Assembly (NCBI GenBank): GCA_963668175.1
Contig: OY764159.1
Coordinates: 1,676,077-1,740,076, forward strand
Source of the DNA: Syntrophales bacterium
Lineage (GTDB): Bacteria > Desulfobacterota > Syntrophia > Syntrophales > PHBD01
Reading direction: 5' to 3'
Length of the DNA: 64,000 bases
Below the pieces are notes generated by a model that was not told where the DNA came from, searched no databases, and was given only the letters and a program-made list of their open reading frames with translations. Shown piece after piece: positions 57,816 to 64,000 of the stretch (within the stretch, counting starts at the first letter, position 1; each line of letters opens with the position of its first letter). A program made the position numbers and the translations under genes.

Positions 57816-58646
57816 GTGAAAAGCAAGGTAACCTCATTCTTCAAGTCCATTCTGCCCGTCAAGGACCAGACCCAGCTCGAAAAGGAAATCCAGTCGATCA
57901 TCGACGACGGCGAGGAGAAGGGCCTCCTCGACGCCCAGTCGGGCGAGATGATCCAGTCGATCCTCGACTTCCGGGACACGGTCGTCCGGGAGGTCATGGT
58001 CCCGCGGACGGAGATCGTCGCCGCCCGGATCGACTCCGCCATCGAGGAGATCCTCGACCTCATCATCCGTTCCGGCCATACGCGCATCCCCGTCTATACC
58101 GAAAGCGTGGACAACATCATCGGCATCCTGAACGTCAAGGACCTCGTCAAGTACTGGTCCAAACCGGTGACCGAAAGCGACATCACGGCGATCCTCCGCA
58201 AGCCCTACTACATCCCCGAAACGAAGAACACCCACCTGCTGCTCCATGAGCTCAAGGTCCAGAAGCACCACATGGCCATCGTCATCGACGAGTACGGCGG
58301 GACATCGGGGCTTGTCACATTGGAAGACCTGATCGAGGAGATCGTCGGCGACATCCGCGACGAACACGAAGAGCAGCGCGACGACCTGGTCGACCTGCCC
58401 GACGGCTACACGCTGGCGGACGGACGCATCGAGATCGAAGAGCTGGAAAGGCGTTTCGACGTCGCCTTCGAGGAAGGGAAGTACGAAACCCTCGGGGGGC
58501 TGATCCTCCACGAGACCATGAAGATACCGGTTACGGGCGAGCGGTTCGAGATCGGCGGCTTCGAGATGGCAATCGAGGAGGCCGACGAACGGAGCATCAA
58601 GAAAGTCAAGCTGCGAAAATTGGGACGGGAAGCAGGGAAGGAATGA
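57816..58646 (+). CDS. CBS-pair plus CorC_HlyC domain protein (CorC/YbeX-like)
   Basis: two CBS motifs followed by transporter-associated domain; GTG start assumed. Confidence 0.75.
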   Translation: MKSKVTSFFKSILPVKDQTQLEKEIQSIIDDGEEKGLLDAQSGEMIQSILDFRDTVVREVMVPRTEIVAARIDSAIEEILDLIIRSGHTRIPVYTESVDNIIGILNVKDLVKYWSKPVTESDITAILRKPYYIPETKNTHLLLHELKVQKHHMAIVIDEYGGTSGLVTLEDLIEEIVGDIRDEHEEQRDDLVDLPDGYTLADGRIEIEELERRFDVAFEEGKYETLGGLILHETMKIPVTGERFEIGGFEMAIEEADERSIKKVKLRKLGREAGKE

Positions 58647-60187
58647 GCATGCCCCGGAGGCATCTGGACCTAAAATGGCTCTATGCCCTGGCATCGGGAA
58701 TCCTCCTGGCCCTCTCCTTTCCCAAGTACGGCGCGGGTTTCGTCGCCTGGATCGCCCTGGTGCCGCTCCTGCGGGCCGTCACGGACGGGGAAGTTGAAGC
58801 GAAAAAAGGCTTTCTCCTGGGGCTCGTTTCCGGGTTCGCCGCCTATGTCGGCATCATCTACTGGATCACCTACGTCGTCGTCCATTACGGGTATCTCCCC
58901 TACTGGATGGGCGTGGGGGCCACCGTTCTCTTGTCGCTCTATCTCGCCGTCTATGTCGGTCTTTTTGCCGCGGGCGTCGCCGTATTGAAAAAGAGGGGCA
59001 TCCCGTCGGTCCTGGCCGCGCCGGTCCTGTGGACGAGCCTCGAATACGCCAAATCGGTCCTCTTTACGGGCTTCCCCTGGGAAAACCTCGGTTATTCACA
59101 GTATTTGAACATCAACCTGATCCAGATCGCCGACATCGCGGGTGTGCCGGGCATCACCTTCCTGATCGTCCTTACGAACGCCGTTCTCGCCGATCTGCCC
59201 GAAATGAAGACAGACAAAAAAAGGGTGACGGCCGAGTTCATCATCGCCGTCGTCCTGATCGCCGCCGCCAACGTCTACGGCTACTTTCGCCTCAACCAGA
59301 TCGAAAAGGCGATGGAAAAGGCGGAATCCATGGACGTTTCGCTCATCCAAGGCAACATCGAGCAGGACGTCAAGTGGAACCCCGCCTACCAGAAGGGGAC
59401 CATCGACATTTACAGAAAATTCTCCCTGACGGACCCGCCGAATGGCGGGCTTATCGTCTGGCCGGAGACGGCGGCGCCGTTCTTCTACCAGGACCCGGGC
59501 GAAATGCGCGACGCGGTGACGGACGTCGCAAAGGCGACGGGCAGCATGCTCCTCTTCGGGAGCCCCGCCTATAAGCGACGGGACGGCGAAATATACCTGT
59601 CGAACAGCGCCTATCTCCTGTCTGCCGCGGGGGAAACGATAGGCCGGTACAACAAGGTCCACCTGGTCCCTTTCGGGGAGTACGTCCCCCTCCGGAATCT
59701 GCTGCCCTTCATGAGCAAGCTCGTGGCCGGCATCGGCGATTTCGAGTCCGGGCCGGGGTTCGTGCCCGTCGCCGCGGGCAGGCACAAATTGGGCATCCTC
59801 GTCTGCTATGAGGGCATACTGGCCGAGGCCGGCCGAGACTACAAGCGCGGCGGCGCCGATCTTCTCGTCAACGTAACGAACGACGCCTGGTTCGGCAAGA
59901 CGTCGGCCCCTTACCAGCACCTGTCCATGGCTGCGCTCCGCGCCGTGGAGACGCGGCTCTACCTCGTCCGGGCGGCCAACACGGGCATCAGCGCCGTGAT
60001 CGACCCCGCCGGGCGCATCGTCGGCCGGACGCCCATTTTCGAGCGGTGCCAGCTGCCGGGAAAAATTAAATTCATTGACGAGGCGACCCTTTATGGGGCA
60101 TATGGGGACGTTTTCGTCTATCTGAACATGATCATGATGACGGCCATGATCGGATATGCCGTCAAAAAAGGAGGCAAACATGCTTGA
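58643..60187 (+). CDS. lnt: apolipoprotein N-acyltransferase
   Basis: N-terminal multi-TM domain, C-terminal nitrilase-like domain with VCYEGIL and NVTNDAWFG motifs. Confidence 0.85.
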   Translation: MSMPRRHLDLKWLYALASGILLALSFPKYGAGFVAWIALVPLLRAVTDGEVEAKKGFLLGLVSGFAAYVGIIYWITYVVVHYGYLPYWMGVGATVLLSLYLAVYVGLFAAGVAVLKKRGIPSVLAAPVLWTSLEYAKSVLFTGFPWENLGYSQYLNINLIQIADIAGVPGITFLIVLTNAVLADLPEMKTDKKRVTAEFIIAVVLIAAANVYGYFRLNQIEKAMEKAESMDVSLIQGNIEQDVKWNPAYQKGTIDIYRKFSLTDPPNGGLIVWPETAAPFFYQDPGEMRDAVTDVAKATGSMLLFGSPAYKRRDGEIYLSNSAYLLSAAGETIGRYNKVHLVPFGEYVPLRNLLPFMSKLVAGIGDFESGPGFVPVAAGRHKLGILVCYEGILAEAGRDYKRGGADLLVNVTNDAWFGKTSAPYQHLSMAALRAVETRLYLVRAANTGISAVIDPAGRIVGRTPIFERCQLPGKIKFIDEATLYGAYGDVFVYLNMIMMTAMIGYAVKKGGKHA

Positions 60188-61287
60188 AAATGTGACCGAA
60201 ATCCTGAGCGATCTGGAGAAGAGAATCCTGCACGTCGGAGACTGCCTTTGACATCCCCGGCAAGCAGACCGAAATAGACAAGCTCGACGCCCTCTCCCAG
60301 AAGGAGGACTTCTGGAACGATGCCGAAACGGCCAGGGACGTCCTCCGCAGGAAGACCAAACTAGCGACCGTAGCGGACAACTGGAAAAAACTCAAACAAT
60401 CCCTGGACGATGTGAATGTTCTCTACGAGTTGGCCTCCGAGGAGGGCGACGAGGAGAGCATGGCCGAGGTCGAGAAGGAACTGACGACGCTCCAGGCCTC
60501 CGTCCGGAACGAGGAGCTTCGCCTCATGCTCGGCGCCGAGCAGGACGTCCTGAACGCCATCATGGCGATCAACGCCGGGGCGGGCGGCACCGAGGCCCAG
60601 GACTGGGTCGAGATGCTCATGCGCATGTACCTCCGTTGGGCCGAGAGAAAAGGCTACAAGACCAATATCATTGACTTCCAGCCGGGGGACGAGGCCGGTG
60701 TCAAGAGCGTATCGTTCACCCTCGAAGGCGATTACGCCTACGGGTTCGCCAAGGCCGAAACGGGCATCCACCGGCTCGTCCGGATATCGCCTTTCGACGC
60801 CGGCGGCCGCCGCCACACCTCCTTCGCCTCGGTCTTCACCTACCCGGAGGTCAACGACGAAATCGTCATCGATATCGACGAAAACGATCTAAGAATAGAT
60901 ACTTACAGGTCTACAGGGGCCGGCGGCCAGCATGTCAACAAGACCGACTCGGCAGTCCGCCTGACCCACCTGCCGACGGGCATCGTCGTCCAGTGCCAGA
61001 ACGAACGGTCCCAGCACAAGAACAAGTCCATGGCGATGAAATATCTCCGGTCGCGCCTTTACGAACTGAAACTGAAGGAACAGAACGAAAAACTGGAGGC
61101 GATGAACAAGACCAAGAAGGATATCGCCTGGGGGAGCCAGATCCGGTCTTACGTCCTGCATCCCTATAAGATGGTCAAGGACCATCGCACGAACCTCGAA
61201 ATCGGCAACGCCGGACGCGTGCTCGACGGCGATATCGACGATTTAATCGAGGCTTACCTGCTCGCCGCATCATCCGACAAGCCCTGA
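60181..61287 (+). CDS. prfB: peptide chain release factor 2, requires programmed +1 frameshift at CUU UGA C (60250-60256)
   Basis: frame 0: MLENVTEILSDLEKRILHVGDCL-UGA; +1 frame continues DIPGKQTEIDKLDALSQKEDFWND...SPFDAGGRRHTSFASV...GGQHVNKTDSAVRLTHLPTGIVVQCQNERSQHKN; SD-like GGAG upstream of the shift site. Confidence 0.85.
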
Positions 61288-61423
61288 TGAGCGTTTTTTT
61301 CTAGGGATATCGGGAAAGATGTGTTATACGCACGGGGAACTCAACCCGAACATCATCATCCCGGCCCAAAAATTCAGTAGGGACAGTTGCATGCGGCCGG
61401 GACTTGGCAAGGAGACATGAACC

Positions 61424-63178
61424 ATGAAGATATTATTGCGAGTTTTCCTCTGGAGTTGCCTGATCACGGCGTTCATGGCCGCAGGTCCGGGGTCTTCGGT
61501 CGGCCCGGTCTCGGCAGACGATAAGGTCGAGAAACAGGTCGCCGCCGCCGTCCCGGCAGACGAGGCCAAGAAACCGGCGGAAGCCGCCGCCCAGCCGAAA
61601 CCGCCGGAAAAAGCGGCCGAAGCCAAAGCGGCGAAATCGGACGACGATGACGACGGCGACGACGAAGGGCAGGATCTCATGGAAGACGCCCTGGCCCTCC
61701 TCGGCGAATCGGATGCGTCCTGGAAGAAGGGCGACATCGAAACCGCCCTGGAACTCCTCGACCAGGCCTATTCCCTGATCCTGGACGCCGACGGCGATCC
61801 CAACGTCGCCCGCCAGAAGGACGATTTGCGACTCATCATTTCCAAAAGAATCCTGACTATTTATAATTCCATCCACGCGGCGACGGCGGGCAGGCGTAGC
61901 GAAATCCCCACCGTTATGAATGCCGACGTCGAATATGAAATCAAACAGTTCCAGACGCGGGAGCGCGATTTCTTCATCGGCGCCTACCACCGGTCGGGCA
62001 TCCACCGTCCGGCCATCGTGAAAGCCCTGAAACAGGCGGGGCTTCCGGAGGAGCTGTCGTGGCTGCCTCTCGTCGAAAGCGGTTTCAAGGTCACGGCCAT
62101 GTCGCCGGCCCGGGCCCTGGGTATCTGGCAGTTCATCCCGTCCACGGGCTACAAATACGGCCTGACCCGGGATGAATGGATCGACGAACGCATGGACGTC
62201 GACAAATCCACCCAGGCGGCCATCGGCTACATGAAAGACCTCCACGGGATGTTCGGCGACTGGCTGACGGTGCTTGCCGCCTACAACTCGGGCGAGGGCC
62301 GGGTGCTCCGGGTCATCTCCCACCAGCGCGTGAACTACCTCGACCACTTCTGGGACCTCTACCGCGAACTTCCCCGGGAAACGGCGCGCTACGTCCCGCG
62401 TTTCCTGGCGACGCTCATGATCATCAAGGACCCCAAGAAATACGGCATGGACCTGGGCGAACCCGTCGAGAAGCCGATGAATTACGAAAGGGTCAAGACG
62501 GCGAAGCCCATGAAACTCACCGATATCGCGAGCAATATCAGCTGCTCGGAGGACCTGCTCTTCCAGCTCAATTCGGAACTCAGGCACAAGGCGACGCCGG
62601 ACCGGGAATATGACCTCAAGGTGCCCCCTGAGGCCGGGGAGAGACTGGTTGCGATCATGGACGAAATACCCCGGTGGGAACAGCCGCGATATGCCGCCTC
62701 CCGCCGCGGCGTCGTCCGGCACCGGGTCCGCCGGGGCGAGTCCCTGGCTTCCATTGCGAACCGGTACAGGACTTCCGTGGCCGCCATCCGCGAATACAAC
62801 CGTATTTCGACCGCCAAGGGCGTCTATGTCGGGCAGCGCCTGATCGTTCCCGTCCGGGCCCGGGTGGCCGCCGATACGCAGACTTCAAAGGCCGCAAGCA
62901 GCCGCGCCCCGCAGACGGCGGGGAGCACGCCCGTGACTTACAAGATCAAGAAGGGCGACACCCTCATCATGCTCGCCCGGCGCTTCCATACGACCATCCC
63001 GGAACTGAAAAAACTGAACGGCATGAAAGGCAACGTCCTGGTGCCGGGCCGGGTGATCCGGGTCGGAGCCAATCTCCAGGCCTCCGCGGAAGATCCTCCT
63101 GCGCCCAAGGTTGCGAAAAAGAAACCCGTCAAGAAGACCGTGAAGAAAAAAGTGGCGAAGAAGGACGTGCAGGATTGA
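61424..63178 (+). CDS. membrane-bound lytic transglycosylase (MltD-like) with C-terminal LysM domains
   Basis: signal peptide; SLT catalytic block ESGF...GIWQF; two LysM repeats; Lys-rich tail. Confidence 0.85.
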   Translation: MKILLRVFLWSCLITAFMAAGPGSSVGPVSADDKVEKQVAAAVPADEAKKPAEAAAQPKPPEKAAEAKAAKSDDDDDGDDEGQDLMEDALALLGESDASWKKGDIETALELLDQAYSLILDADGDPNVARQKDDLRLIISKRILTIYNSIHAATAGRRSEIPTVMNADVEYEIKQFQTRERDFFIGAYHRSGIHRPAIVKALKQAGLPEELSWLPLVESGFKVTAMSPARALGIWQFIPSTGYKYGLTRDEWIDERMDVDKSTQAAIGYMKDLHGMFGDWLTVLAAYNSGEGRVLRVISHQRVNYLDHFWDLYRELPRETARYVPRFLATLMIIKDPKKYGMDLGEPVEKPMNYERVKTAKPMKLTDIASNISCSEDLLFQLNSELRHKATPDREYDLKVPPEAGERLVAIMDEIPRWEQPRYAASRRGVVRHRVRRGESLASIANRYRTSVAAIREYNRISTAKGVYVGQRLIVPVRARVAADTQTSKAASSRAPQTAGSTPVTYKIKKGDTLIMLARRFHTTIPELKKLNGMKGNVLVPGRVIRVGANLQASAEDPPAPKVAKKKPVKKTVKKKVAKKDVQD

Positions 63179-63223
63179 GGCGGGATCTCGGTATATAACA
63201 AGAATAATCAACGCATTGCATGA

Positions 63224-63261
63224 GGGGCCGGCGGACTGAAAATCGCCGGCCCCTTTTTTAT
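63224..63261 (+). terminator. intrinsic terminator between convergent mltD-like and ybeY genes
   Basis: GGGGCCGGCG...CGCCGGCCCC hairpin followed by TTTTTTA. Confidence 0.5.
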
Positions 63262-63348
63262 GCGATTCTGCCGGGATGCGTATTTTTCGGGGGATGCCTT
63301 GATCTGAAGGATTGCCCGCCGGATGCGGCGGTGCGGGGAAAGGGCGTT

Positions 63349-63804
63349 TCAGTGCGCCAGGCGGTAGCCCTTGAGGAAGAAGAACAGCTCGTCCTCCATC
63401 TCCTTCATCCTTGTTTCCTCGGCGGGTGTGGTATTCTCGTGGTTGTAGCCGACGAGGTGCAGGAGCCCGTGGATCAGGAGGAAGTCTATCTCATCGTCCG
63501 CCGGGATCCGGGCCTTTTTCGCTTCGGTACGGGCGGTCTCCACCGAAATGACGATGTCGCCCAGCACTTTCGGATTGACGCCGCCGAATTCGCCCTCCTG
63601 CATGGGGAAGGAGATGACGTTCGTGGCATGATCGCGGTCGAGGTACGACCGGTTGATCTCCCTGATCGCCATGTCATCGACGAGGAGGATGCTCAGCTCG
63701 CTGTCGTCGCGGCCGAGGTGCCTGAGGAGCCTGGATAGAACGGAGCGGATTCTACGCAAATCGATCTTTGCTTCGCTCTGTCTGTTTTCGATCTGTATGG
63801 CCAT
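63349..63804 (-). CDS. ybeY: rRNA maturation endoribonuclease YbeY
   Basis: HGLLHLVGYNH zinc-binding motif. Confidence 0.9.
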   Translation of the reverse strand: MAIQIENRQSEAKIDLRRIRSVLSRLLRHLGRDDSELSILLVDDMAIREINRSYLDRDHATNVISFPMQEGEFGGVNPKVLGDIVISVETARTEAKKARIPADDEIDFLLIHGLLHLVGYNHENTTPAEETRMKEMEDELFFFLKGYRLAH

Positions 63805-64000
63805 TGTTTTCTTTCTTGGCTCCGTTGCCCGCCGCCGGTTTCACCAGTTCCGGATAGTCGATGCGGTGGTGGAAGATGCCGTTTAGTATCCGCGAGAAGG
63901 TCTCGGCGATCTCGTTCAGGTCGTGGAGGGTCAGCTCGCACTCGTCGAGCTGGCCGTCGGCGAAGACGCGTTCGATCCGCTCCTTGACGAGGTGGTTGAT
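63752..64000 (-). CDS. C-terminal part of HD/HDIG-domain protein (PgpH/YqfF-like), runs off window edge
   Basis: translation ...LHDLNEIAETFSRILNGIFHHRIDYPE; overlaps ybeY start. Confidence 0.55.
   Translation of the reverse strand: MNHLVKERIERVFADGQLDECELTLHDLNEIAETFSRILNGIFHHRIDYPELVKPAAGNGAKKENNGHTDRKQTERSKDRFA

Noticed and set aside
1-64000. Searched for CRISPR arrays, tRNA/rRNA genes, transposases/integrases, toxin-antitoxin pairs and known defence-system genes
   Set aside because: No regularly spaced direct repeats, no tRNA-like T-loop (GGTTCGAATCC-type) sequences, no transposase/integrase/recombinase or nuclease/helicase defence signatures found in any frame.

Overview
High-GC (about 60%) bacterial chromosomal segment; gene content suggests a deltaproteobacterial, Syntrophus/Geobacter-like lineage (inference from sigma-54 regulation, AtuA/DUF4387, BbsAB-like thiolase, KWG repeats). 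Most of the window is densely coding. Main contents: (1) a beta-oxidation-like module (MFS transporter, acyl-CoA dehydrogenase, enoyl-CoA hydratase) next to a GAF/PAS histidine kinase and a sigma-54 NtrC-type regulator; (2) a minus-strand operon encoding a PAS-LuxR regulator, a Tat-exported fumarate-reductase-family flavoprotein, a separate tetraheme cytochrome c (split flavocytochrome c, methacrylate/fumarate/urocanate-reductase-like) and an MFS transporter; (3) OmpA lipoprotein, FecR-domain protein and aldehyde dehydrogenase; (4) a run of secreted proteins (KWG-repeat protein, Cys-rich repeat protein, penicillin-V-acylase/choloylglycine-hydrolase family Ntn hydrolase, DUF3300, DUF2950) followed by a UbiA prenyltransferase, an ICMT-like methyltransferase fused in frame to a MacB/FtsX permease, and an ABC ATPase; (5) a rearranged, partly AT-rich island (about 28.9-30.9 kb) containing duplicated 3-prime fragments of the neighbouring genes; (6) a flotillin, a TPR-GT9-like glycosyltransferase and a Ser/Thr-rich protein; (7) leuA-leuD with a Leu-rich leader peptide and attenuator, and ribB behind an FMN riboswitch; (8) MCP, AtuA/DUF4387, flavodoxin-like protein, NUDIX, tandem paralogous lipoproteins, MurJ, SCP-x thiolase with its DUF35 partner, a GATase; (9) a second AT-rich patch plus a second copy of a MITE-like intergenic repeat; (10) radical SAM, corC-like, lnt, prfB with the programmed +1 frameshift, mltD-like, ybeY and a partial HD gene. 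No CRISPR array, tRNA, rRNA or transposase was seen.
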